A DNA stretch of 64,000 bases, taken from Laetmonice hystrix (lineage: Eukaryota). Both the position numbers and the translations under genes were made by a program. Shown here piece by piece: positions 11,201-23,180 of the stretch. The stretch spans positions 18,352,001-18,416,000 of the forward strand of contig OZ249443.1 in NCBI GenBank assembly GCA_965235115.1. The letters run 5' to 3'. How positions within the stretch are numbered: the stretch's first letter is position 1; each line of letters starts with the position of its first letter. Below the pieces are notes generated by a model, which made no database searches, was not told the origin of the DNA, and was given only the letters and a program-made list of their open reading frames with translations.

Positions 11201-13441
11201 CTGCTCAGGATCACTGGCGTCCTCTGTAAGCCCGGTCAGAGATACTGTACAGTGTCCTCAGGAAACCTTCGACTGGTTACTGTTGTACAATGAACCTGCT
11301 CAGGATCACCGGCGTCCTCTGTAAGCCCGGTCTGAGATACTGTACAGTGTCCTCAGGAAACCTTCGACTGGTTACTGACGTACACTGAACCTGTTCAGGA
11401 TCACTGGCGTCCTCTGTAAGCCCGGTCTGAGATACTGTACAGTGTCCTCAGGAAACCTTCGACTGGTTACTGACGTAGTACACTGAACCTGCTCAGGATC
11501 ACTGGCGTCCTCTGTAAGCCCGGTCTGAGATACTGTACAGTGTCCTCAGGAAACCTTCGACTGGTTACTGACGTACACTGAACCTGTTCAGGATCACTGG
11601 CGTCCTCTGTAAGCCCGGTCTGAGATACTGTACAGTGTCCTCAGGAAACCTTCAACTGGTTACTAACGTACACTGAACCTGTTCAGGATCACTGGCGTCC
11701 TCTGTAAGCCCGGTCTGAGATACTGTACAGTGTCCTCAGGAAACCTTCGACTGGTTACTAACGTACACTGAACCTGCTCAGGATCACTGGCGTCCTCTGT
11801 AAGCCCGGTCTGAGATACAGTGTACTCAGGAAACCTTCGACTGGTTACTGACGTACACTGAACCTGGTCAGGATCACTGGCGTCCTCTGTAAGCCCGGTC
11901 TGAGATACTGTACAGTGTCCTCAGGAAACCTTCGACTGGTTACTAACGTACACTGAACCTGCTCAGGATCACTGGCGTCCTCTGTAAGCCCGGTCTGAGA
12001 TACAGTGTACTCAGGAAACCTTCGACTGGTTACTGACGTACACTGAACCTGGTCAGGATCACTGGCGTCCTCTGTAAGCCCGGTCTGAGATACTGTGTCC
12101 TCAGGAAACCTTCGACTGGTTACTGACGTACACTGAACCTGGTCAGGATCACTGGCGTCCTCTGTAAGCCCGGTCTGAGATACTGTACAGTGTCCTCAGG
12201 AAACCTTCGACTGGTTACTGACGTACACTGAACCTGGTCAGGATCACTGGCGTCCTCTGTAAGCCCGGTCCGAGATAATGTGTCCTCAGGAAACCTTCGA
12301 CTGGTTACTGACGTACACTGAACCTGGTCAGGATCACTGGCGTCCTCTGTAAGCCCGGTCTGAGATACTGTACAGTGTCCTCAGGGAACCTTCGACTGGT
12401 TACTGACGTACACTGAACCTGGTCAGGATCACTGGCGTCCTCTGTAAGCCCGGTCTGAGATACAGTGTCCTCAGGAAACCTTCGACTGGTTACTGGCGTA
12501 CACTGAACCTGGTCAGGATCACTGGCGTCCTCTGTAAGCCCGGTCTGAGATACTGTACAGTGTCCTCAGGGAACCTTCGACTGGTTACTGACGTACACTG
12601 AACCTGGTCAGGATCACTGGCGTCCTCTGTAAGCCCGGTCCGAGATAATGTGTCCTCAGGAAACCTTCGACTGGTTACTGACGTACACTGAACCTGGTCA
12701 GGATCACTGGCGTCCTCTGTAAGCCCGGTCTGAGATACTGTACAGTGTCCTCAGGAAACCTTCAACTGGTTACTGGCGTACACTGAACCTGGTCAGGATC
12801 ACTGGCGTCCTCTGTAAGCCCGGTCTGAGATACTGTACAGTGTCCTCAGGGAACCTTCGACTGGTTACTGACGTACACTGAACCTGGTCAGGATCACTGG
12901 CGTCCTCTGTAAGCCCGGTCTGAGATACAGTGTCCTCAGGAAACCTTCGACTGGTTACTGGCGTACACTGAACCTGGTCAGGATCACTGGCGTCCTCTGT
13001 AAGCCCGGTCTGAGATACTGTACAGTGTCCTCAGGGAACCTTCGACTGGTTACTGACGTACACTGAACCTGGTCAGGATCATTGGCGTCCTCTGTAAGCC
13101 CGGTCTGAGATACTGTGTCCTCAGGAAACCTTCGACTGGTTACTGACGTACACTGAACCTGGTCAGGATCATTGGCGTCCTCTCTAAGCCCGGTCTGAGA
13201 TACAGTGTCCTCAGGAAACCTCCGACTGGTTACTGACGTACACTGAACCTGGTCAGGATCACTGGCGTCCTCTCTAAGCCCGGTCTGAGATACTGTACAG
13301 TGTCCTCAGGAAACCTTCGACTGGTTACTGACGTACACTGAACCTGGTCAGGATCACTGGCGTCCTCTGTAAGCACGGTCTGAGATACTGTACAGTGTCC
13401 TCAGGAAACCTTCGACTGGTTACTGAAGTATCATGAACCTG
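11201..13441. repeat. Minisatellite, 90/95-bp units x24
   Basis: Unit CTG(C/T/G)TCAGGATCACTGGCGTCCTCTGTAAGCCCGGTCTGAGATACTGTACAGTGTCCTCAGGAAACCTTCGACTGGTTACTGACGTACACTGAAC. Long (95 bp) and short (90 bp) variants; one 98-bp unit. Confidence 0.98.
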
Positions 13442-15883
13442 TCAGTTACTGCTGTAAGCAGTACTCAGGTTATTGGCGTTAGGAGCCGTCTCTCACTGCG
13501 TCTCAGTTACTGTCTTTCAGATGCTCTCTTTTTACTATTGTTGACGATGAAATGTTTCTTAGAAACATATTCACGCGTACTGCATGCCTGCAGCGTTTTC
13601 TTAAAACTATATTGTTATGGAGTTGTATGGATGGTCTTTCTGGTTTCATCCTTTCTCAGCAGACTCAGTCGTTCCGTGCTCCCTACTTGTAACACAGTTG
13701 AATTGGAAGTTGAACCGTCCATTCTAGTAACTTAACACTGTGTTCATGACTGGCTTCAGTCGAGATTAAAACAGTTGTTTACGGTTGGATATCAGCGTGT
13801 AAGTGGAGCCGATATCCCGCGGTCGTCCTAGTTCTGTATACTGTCGGCCGTGTCCTGTCGTCTTGCAAGTAAAGGTCAGCAGCCGGCTGGGAAGACCTTC
13901 ACTCAAATAGAGTCAGTCAGATTGTAATTACGACTTCCACGCGGGTCATGGGAAGCCCACCAACCCCCTGGATAAGGCTTCAGACGGTGTCCTGACGGAA
14001 CTGAAAGTGTTGACGGGCTGAGAGGAAGGTCGGAATGGTGCCGATACCAGAGAGACACTGATTGTTGGGACTGGACTGGGAGAAGTTCTTGGGGATTATC
14101 TGGTGAATAACTTAACTTCAAAGGACCTGTGAAAAATATGAAGGATTGTATTATGTATGGCCACCAGCCGCATGCAATTGTAGAATGTTTGCCTACAAAA
14201 TAATCCAGTTTGCTAGGTAGTTTAGAATGAAGGGATGGAGTAACTTTCCAACATATGGGCGGTACCCACTCAAGTAGAAAGAGTTTGAAATTCTTTTCTC
14301 CCCTGATAATCACATCGATGATGGCTGGACTGTAACAATGACCATAATGATTGTGATAGAGGAGAATGACAAATGACCCACAAAAAAAACGATTTAGCAG
14401 AATCGCCACCGTGTCCTCAGAAAGCTATCTGATCCGTCTGTCACATGACCGCGAAGGTTACGGTCATGTGATACTCCTCTCTGCATTGATTCGCTGCCGT
14501 CGGAGATTGTTTATTGTCCTCCAGGACAGAAGAGTGATTTCCCCAGGGAGCGGTCCGTGTCTGTTATAGGCTGGGCAGGGACAGCAACAAGCAGAGGAAG
14601 ATTGTGAGCAATGTACTGTAGGCTCCCCTCAAAGAATCCCGCTACGATATACAGTCATCTGAAGTAGCCACGTGTGTCCTGGCAGATTACGACCAGAACA
14701 AAGGCAGGATGTTGCCGTGAAGTCGTAAATGGAACGCCGGCCCGGCCTGCTTCAGGCCAGGCTCTCTGTCTGCTCTGTTTCCGACATCGACTACTTCTAT
14801 CTATTCTTTAATACCACTCTCCGGTATTAATGATATCAAGGGAAAAGTTTACTTTCCTGATATAGTTACATGTCGACTGACCAACACGGAGAATGAGTTA
14901 GGAGGGTTCCTTGGGCTTGTCGCCTCATTTGACTAGACAGTGTTTTTACACTGGACCCATGGATTCATACCAAGTTGATTGTAGGATAAGTCAGTGGTTT
15001 ATGGGCGACTCTATGTCGGATATATTGGAAGGTGTGTCCATTAATGTCTCTCGTGTGCCCAAATCAGCTCGAGCGTGATTTGGACCATGGGGTTTCCTGA
15101 AGTAGTTAGGTCCCCTGGCCCCGATCGGTCTGTGGACAGGTGACAATCAGTCGATACGTGATGACGTTCCGACCGTCCAGCCCAAGACTTCCCTCTTCAT
15201 TCACCGCGACCCAAGATCACAATCAGAATGGAGAATCAAAGGCATTGAAATCTCACCCTGGTCCTTGTTTCTGGTTAGTGGTTCTTTGATTGAAAAACAC
15301 ATAATCCGAGTGGTTCTTGTTAAATGTGATTAAAGGGAAACTTCAAAGGCGCCAGGGTCAGGATGTGGAGACTTTAGGGACGCTGGTAGTAGGTCTGGGG
15401 ACTTACTGTGGTCCTTCTGAACAAAACGGATGACGTTACTTCTTCACATGCTGAATGTCTGCAAGGCGATACATGGTGGTTCTCTAAACGTGATTGACTG
15501 GTGATGCAAAACCTAACACAGCATGCCCATATGCGACGAACACGGTCCAGGAAGTCCAGGGTGTTATGCATTTTTGAATAATCTTGATTTTGATGTCAGA
15601 GAAAAAGTTTAAATTGACCTAGTGGCACAAAGAACTGGAATTCCTCAGGAACTTTCACGTTGAAAGAAAATTTAGGATACCCCGATAAACATTGTTGGAG
15701 AAAAAGCCAACTGGCAGTTCGTGTCCCTTAGCGTCTGTGCAGCCAGTGTTTGTTAGTCCAGAGGGCTGTTTCAATAAGTGCGTCGGACTGTCCGACCGGC
15801 GACGGACAGTCAGGCTCTCCCTTGGTTGTCAAGTCTGGCACTTTTGGTCCATCGCTGGTCGGTCCCTGGCAGGTTCTGTCCCT

Positions 15884-16519
15884 CAGACCCCACGAGCCGC
15901 TGTCTGTTAGTCCCAGCCAATCAGACCCCACCAGCCGCTGTCTGTTAGTCCAGCCAATCAGACCCCACCAGCCACTGTCTGTTAGTCCCATCCAATCAGA
16001 CCCCACCAGCCACTGTTAGTCCCAGCCAATCAGACCCCACCAGCCACTGTCTGTTAGTCCCAGCCAATCAGACCCCACCAGCCACTGTCTGTTAGTCCCA
16101 GCCAATCAGACCCCACCAGCCACTGTCTGTTAGTCCAGCCAATCAGACCCCACCAGCCACTGTCTGTATAGTCCCAGCCAATCAGACCCCACCAGCCACT
16201 GTCTCTATAGTCCCAGCCAATCAGACCCCACCAGCCACTGTCTGTTAGTCCCAGCCCCGCAGACCCCACCAGCCACTGTCTGTTAGTTCAGCCAATCAGA
16301 CCCCACCAGCCACTGTCTGTAAGTCCCAGCCAATCAGACCCCACCAGCCACTGTCTGTATAGTCCCAGCCAATCAGACCCCACCAGCCACTGTCTGTTAG
16401 TCCCATCCAATCAGACCCCACCAGCCACTGTCTGTTAGTCCAGCCAATCAGACCCCACCAGCCACTGTCTATATAGTCCCAGCCAATCAGACCCTACCAG
16501 CCACTGTCTGTATAGTCCC
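15884..16519. repeat. Minisatellite, 37-38-bp unit x~16, CCAAT-containing
   Basis: Unit CTGTCTGTTAGTCCCAGCCAATCAGACCCCACCAGCCA. Confidence 0.98.
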
Positions 16520-18661
16520 GGTCCCACAGCCTGTTGACGTCCCAGGCTCATTACAAATCAGTACGCTCTCAGATGTCAATCGTTCTATTTCCTGTCCTGG
16601 ACACACAGACTGATCTATTTGCCCAAACTGTACCGACCTGACCGGTTTACGGCCACATAAAGGCTGCCACTGGGACCCAGCAGGCTTATTGTGGCCAGCT
16701 GTGGTCACTTGTCAGGTACCACTGAACCCATTGTAAGACGGTCAGGGATCAGTGCTACACTGAAGTACTCTTAGACTCAGCGTCTTGCAGGCATTGTTTG
16801 AATTGGCAATGAAATCATGCGTGGTAGAGAGACCATATTTTTGGCACATAGTTACAGTGCGTTAAGATTGTATACTATACACATTTCGTAATTTGATATA
16901 GAAATCAAAACGGTGAAATGAAGTTTCTAACCAAATCTGGAGAAATTACAACTCCAATTCTGAAAGTTCTAATCAATTCGGATTTGTTAATTAAAGAAAT
17001 TAATTAATAGACAGAGAAACAGGGTCTTGTGGAGCTTCAGGCTAAAGCCAGTGAAATTAATATTGAAATGAGACATTAAAACGAATCAAGTCGAAATGGG
17101 TTTGAAATCTTAATCCAGTTGAAGTCGTTATAAGGTTCTGCTGGTTACATTTATAGTAGTGCAAGCTTTGTTGGGCGTCTTCATTTACCATTGATTATGC
17201 ACCTCACTACTTCTAGTCATTGGTCCCTGTGGTGTGGGTCCCCATACTCTTAATCATAGCTTCATCCATTCAGAAAATTCCAATAAATTTGCATCTCAAA
17301 AGAATACTCCTGAATGAGGTTTATACCATACAATGAGGCAGCGACTGGCGTCTTATAAAAGGATTCTTGAAGACGGATCAAAACCAGAAGGCTTGGCAGT
17401 GGAGAAAACGGCGAGCTGTGTGATATGTCTCTGGGATTCTACTCCAGTGAATGCCTGCACTATATAGCGCATTAATAGTAGCAGGCTGGTGTCAATATAA
17501 AAAGCTGTGTATGTACGCCGGCGGGCCTGTAGTCACTCCAACCGGCATCAATTCCCGCAGCCAGCCAGCAGGATGTAACCTATAGCCGTACAATTAAATG
17601 TGTTAGGAGCCCGTGGTGAGGTGCCAATAGCGTGGACAGCAGACGACGGGCTGCACAAATCCCCTGGGGGCGGTTCCTGTATTAAGTTTACCAAGAAGAC
17701 AGACACCATCGCAGCTAAAGCCAGATCGCTGTGAAACGGAAGTGTAACGTGTTGCCATCGGTATAATTCACCACGAGCCGGGTCCTAATCTCACAACCGC
17801 CGGCACCCATACACAAGATGGAATGGATTATTTCACCGTAAAGAGAAATGAATCTTTATTTTGTTAAATGATATCCATCTCCACGTTCCTCTGCATATTT
17901 TATTCTTTCATCCGTACGTAAATGATTTTGGTATTCAATGTTTTCAAATGTCCTTTCAAAGATTGATACGTTGATAAACTCGGATGTCTCCAGTCACGAC
18001 TGGTGGAAATCGTTTTGAAGTGGATTGACCGATAACAAAGTGAAGGTTGTCTGGAAGTTGGACGCCCTTGTCACCACACAGTCACACCTTAATGACTTGG
18101 TACCCCTCGAGATCCTTGTCATCCTGTCATAACCAAGTCGTTGTCTCGGACACATCGATTTATCACGATCAATCCATCTTTCGTACACCTCCCAAACGGA
18201 GGAGATTAAGGCGCGGTCGTGGGTCAACCCCTTGGATGACCTCAATCAGCAACAGCAACCCAGGGACCTACTTGGGCGGTCTATAGAACCGTTGTCAAGA
18301 ATACACAATGTCGCTGCTGATGAAGCTGGTTTCAAAACAGCAATGATGGTGAAACCCAGGCTATAGTTGTGAATTTTCTTTAAATATCGTATTTAGATCC
18401 GCAATCCCCGAATCCCTTCCTCCACACGCCAGATGTACCCTGATATTTTACCTCCATTCACGGTATTGTTCCTTCGTTTCAGTTTACATTCAAAGTTTGG
18501 TTTCAACTGCATGGATGTAAAGATTCCAAATGACCGCGAATTCCCATATTGATTATTGGGAGATATTGGTATTAAGTCCACAATTTTGGAGGAGCTCAGT
18601 TTGGCCTTATCGCCCTGTGAACCTGCATCTATAATAATCCATCAACTTCCGGCTGCGTTCT

Positions 18662-18679
18662 TAGCGCCACCTGGTGGCA
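18662..18679 (-). promoter_or_regulatory. Palindromic CTCF-like motif
   Basis: Minus strand TGCCACCAGGTGGCGCTA matches the core 14/14; the plus strand CCACCTGGTGGCAG matches 13/14. The central GCCACC-T-GGTGGC is a palindrome. Confidence 0.55.
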
Positions 18680-19793
18680 GGAAGCTGCGTGAGTGGGCTC
18701 TACCTGTGGACGGAGCTGTGACCGACCATCAGTCAGTCACAGCACAACGAGCGGCCATCACTGTCAGCGTACTTTCCGAACACCTCAGTAACGAGACAAG
18801 ATTTATGGACTTCTCTCACATAATGGATGGAGGAGATGTAGAACGATCTCTCGCCAGACTGGCAAGTCTTGGCTGTATTGGGTTCTGACTATGATTAAGG
18901 AGTGGAACAGGAAGAGAGACTGAAATCGTACAAGGGTACCAGAGACTTCCTTTGTTATCAGGCGTGTTAAATGGTAAAACTGGACCTGGTGCCGATCAAA
19001 CTGGATCAGGGACACGTCGGGGAGGTTACCAAGGGTTGATGAGCTCCGTGTTTGTTTCAGGAGGCCTGTAGTTCCACCATTGATAAACAGGGGATTTATT
19101 CTGATGAGAAGACAAGCAGCTGCTAGAGAGTCAGTGGGAGGGGGCTTGTCGAGGTCCCATGGAACACTATCCGACCAGAGTATCCAGAAAAAAACCTCCA
19201 ACCTGCAGCGGGAAACCTAAAGAAGAAAGGGAATGAAACCCAAAATGAGATCAGGATCACCAGCAAGGACTTTACACCATTGCCTTTCGAGCCGTCCCGT
19301 ATTAGGAGGCAAACTTTGTGACTCTGACAGATCTGGAAGTGACCCATTGTAGGAATGATCCCAGCAAACCGGCTGGGATGTGTACATGTCGGGTGGAGAC
19401 TGGGTGTTCCAGGGTTGTCTACCAGTCAGTGCACTGCTCCAGTTTTAGTGTGTGTTTTACAGCTTGGTCCGTGTGTTCAATGCCCTCTGGTGACCAACAG
19501 AAGGTACCAACCACCCGCAGGGGGAGTGGATATCTAAAAGAAGGACCCAACCATTGAATTGTATTTGTCACGCATGTATATACTGTAATTAGTATTGATC
19601 GGAGATGGATGCACGTGGTCTCCAGAGCCATTCCTCTCGGCCTGAACATGAGGTTACAGTGCGTTAAATCATTGTAGCGATGCTGCTGTGATGTAACGTG
19701 TTGGTGTAGGTATTCAGCATGGTTCAAAAACCTTGTATGGACTCAGATTCAGTGAGCTTCCTCGCGGTGTTTTGTTTAACTTCAGTGTTATTA

Positions 19794-19900
19794 CAGGGTC
19801 GGATCCAGAAAATCTGAGGGGGGGGGGGCATCGGGCGAAGCAGAAGTTACGAGTGCCGAAATCATGCTCTGGGGGTCCTCTTCCAGAAAATTTTGAAAAA
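19794..19900 (+). mobile_element. Left-end relic of a GC-rich non-autonomous DNA element (CAGGGGCGGATCCAG-type terminus)
   Basis: CAGGGTCGGATCCAGAAAATCTGA-G11...GGGGGTCCTCTTCCAGAAAATTTTGAAA resembles a MITE type common in marine invertebrates. A right-end-like TAGATCCGCCCCCTG lies at 25410-25424, but no matching TSD links the two. Confidence 0.45.
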
Positions 19901-20683
19901 GTGGCCACTCAGAAACTCGTTCCTGTGGCTTTTGGGGGCCCCTGTACTCTCGACCAGACTTTTTTGGTGGGTGAGTGGGGTGTATCCGCCACTGTATTAC
20001 ATGGTACGGGGATAGAGTGAGCTACATCCACGAGTCCTCCAGTGACCTTAGCTCGGAAACATCAGAGTGCCTGAGAATTCTTGCATCAGATTCTGATAGT
20101 TTGGAGATTGTCTGGTGAGGTTGATGTTACTGGGACCAGAACAAAGATATGAGCAGATCTTGGCAGCTTTGACCGAGTGTCAGCTACATTACCAGCCAAT
20201 CTAGCTCCAGGAAATATCTCGGCTCACGTGTGCATCACTCCATCAAAGCTGGTTCCCATTAGATTTGACCAGGAGCATTAGGCGCCACTCGCACCACGGT
20301 AGCGTCAGCCTCGTCAAGCGCCACAGTCCGGATATTACCACACACCCCATGTTTGCCACATGAAGAAATCACTAATTTCCATATTTGGTCATAGGGCAGT
20401 CGGAGAAGGTCGTCGGCTCAGCACACACCTGCATGCCCGGTACCGACGTCCCGACTGAAGCAAGCTGGCGGTAAACTTGCACAGCTGTTAGTGAAGGTCG
20501 ACCAACACTTGACAGTATCCGGAGTGCCAGTCATTATGATCATACAGAGACGCGTAGTTCAGAAGGCGGTCTGATGTAGTGGTGTAGGAGCAAGATGGTG
20601 GCTACCACACTCACTGCCACCGAGGTAGGGTCCATGGGAAGGTCAACAGGCCGACTGGGAAATGCCTTAAACCGCTGGCATAA

Positions 20684-20775
20684 ACATTGACCTCTCACAG
20701 ACAAGTCTATAAATCGGTCGGTGTACGCACACATTGACCTCTCACAGACAAGTCTATAAATCGGCCGGTGTACGC
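20684..20775. repeat. 47-bp tandem duplication
   Basis: ACATTGACCTCTCACAGACAAGTCTATAAATCGG(T/C)CGGTGTACGC at 20684 and 20731. Confidence 0.95.
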
Positions 20776-21122
20776 CGCATTGCTTTCGGATCTACGACAC
20801 TCCACTGATTGCATGTGAAAGAGGAAGTCGAGAAAAAATGGAGCAGCCTAAATTTATGTCCCTTTTCCCTTTTTTTTTTGGGGGGGGGGGTTGTATTTTT
20901 CCTGGGAGAGGTATGTTGTTACCTTATTTATGGCTTGGGACGTCTTGCCAGCATGGCGACAGATCCGGAGCCTCGATCTGAAGATCTCCTAGTTAATTCT
21001 CCGCCAGGTGGCATTGCCATCACCCTAGGTAGCATTACTATCGCAACTTAAGCACCTTCTCAAATATAATAAATCCCATTATTATATAATGTCTTTATGT
21101 CTTAATATATTTTAAACACGAT

Positions 21123-21224
21123 TTGGATATCAGTGTTAATAAAGTTGATAACCTGTAGGAAAATTCCTAACAACTCGGAATCTTTGGATTAATTATTGTC
21201 ATATAGAACATCAAGTATATCGAT
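21123..21224 (-). mobile_element. Possible LINE ORF2 extreme C-terminus relic
   Basis: IDILDVLYDNN*SKDSELLGIFLQVINFINTD resembles the LLYGNxxL...NxxIFxxVxxFI end motif of invertebrate LINEs; contains an internal stop. Confidence 0.2.
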
Positions 21225-22315
21225 TTCATTAGTTCAGTAATAATTAGTTATTACATTATATGCATGATGTGTGTGGGTTGTCGACCCGGTGTCATATGCT
21301 AAACCCGATCATTATCCCGTGGGTATCCCTCATTGGTTGATCTCTGATTGACCGGGGATCTGTTAATTCCCCCGCCGTTTTTCTTCTCGTTGATTTCGGC
21401 CTGGTGTCCCCTGATAACGGCAGAGTGAACGACTAGATGAAAGCTCTATCTGTGAACGATCTACGTGTTCACCCTCTCCTTTAACCGTTTTCTGTTCCAA
21501 CCAAGACCAGCCGTCGTTCAGGTACATCAAGTCGGCCCAAGTCACAGTCTGACCAAGTCATGAATCATTTATACATCAACTTTATTGATCTATATGCTCA
21601 GGGCCACCGTGTATGTCGTGTGTGACACAGACAGCGGGCAGGTTTTTTTACAAACTAGACCAGACCAGACCCTCTCAGCTGTTCCCCAGACCCCACTGGT
21701 CTACTGTCTACACGCCGCCTTCTTTATATCAGCACATGAAATAAAAAAAAAAGATGATAGCAGTGAGAAGAAGAAGAAGGACTTGTCCCGGGTGTGCTGG
21801 TGCATTAGGCGTCACTCTCGGCCCATATCACATCACATTTGTTAACACTCGGATCTGAGAGGGTCGTGGGATAGGTAAAGGCTGAGGATTGTGTCTACAT
21901 CTGTTGATACTGTCGACATAGATAATGGTTTGTATAATTATCTAAGTATTAATATGACATAGAAGTATTGCATGCAGTAGGTGAGGACTGGGCTGATATA
22001 CATGTAGTTGTAATGCCACTATTGTCTTGACAAATCTAGCGATTAATGCTAAGGATTGCGATTTTGGTGATTTTTTGTATAAAGGTTAATCAATACATAT
22101 AAAGACGAGAAAAATAATGTATAACATTATTCTGTATGTGTACACCTCCCCTAGTCATGGTGGGCGTCTCAAGGGTAACAAAGAGATAATCTCGGAGATA
22201 ATCTCGATCACAAGAGAGTGAATTTGTTAGATACCTAACAAAAAGAAAGTGCTATCCTAGTTTCGCGCAAATGTATTATTGAAGTAATCTGTCTCTATAA
22301 AACCGTTGGGAAAGT

Positions 22316-23180
22316 GTGGTATGATGAGTGCCTTAAACTGATGTGAATGGTATGGTGAGTGCCTTAAACTGATGTGAATGGTATGGTGAGTGCCTTAAAC
22401 TGATGTGAATGGTATGATGAGTGCCTTAAACGTATGTGAATGGTATGATGAGTGCCTTAAACGTATGTGAATGGTATGATGAGTGCCTTAAACGTATGTG
22501 AATGGTATGATGAGTGCCTTAAACGTATGTGAATGGTATGATGAGTGCCTTAAACTGATGTGAATGGTATGATGAGTGCCTTAAACGTATACATGTGAAT
22601 GGTATGATGAGTGCCTTAAACTGATGTGAATGGTATGAGTGCCTTATACTGATGTGAATGGCGTGATGAGTGCCTTATACTGATGTGAATGGTATGATGA
22701 GTGCCTTATACTGATGTGAATGGTATGATGAGTGCCTTATACTGATGTGAATGGTATGAGTGCCTTAAACTGATGTGAATGGTATGATGAGTGCCTTATA
22801 CTGATGTGAATGGTATGATGAGTGCCTTAAACTGATGTGAATGGTATGATGAGTGCTTTATACTGATGTGAATGGTATGATGAGTGCCTTAAACTGATGT
22901 GAATGGTATGACGAGTGCCTTAAACTGATGTGAATGGTATGATGAGTGCATTATACTGACGTGAATGGTATGATGAGTGCCTTATACCTGATGTGAATGG
23001 CGTGATGAGTGCCTTATACTGATGTGAATGGTATGATGAGTGCTTTATACTGATGTGAATGGTATGACGAGTGCCTTAAACTGATGTGAATGGTATGATG
23101 AGTGCCTTATACTGACGTGAATGGTATGATGAGTGCCTTATACTGATGTGAATTGCATTATGGGTGCCCTAAACTGATGT
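22316..23180. repeat. Minisatellite, 31-bp unit x~28
   Basis: Unit ATGATGAGTGCCTTA(A/T)ACTGATGTGAATGGT, with 28-bp deletion variants and a block of CGTA variants at about 22430-22530. Confidence 0.98.
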
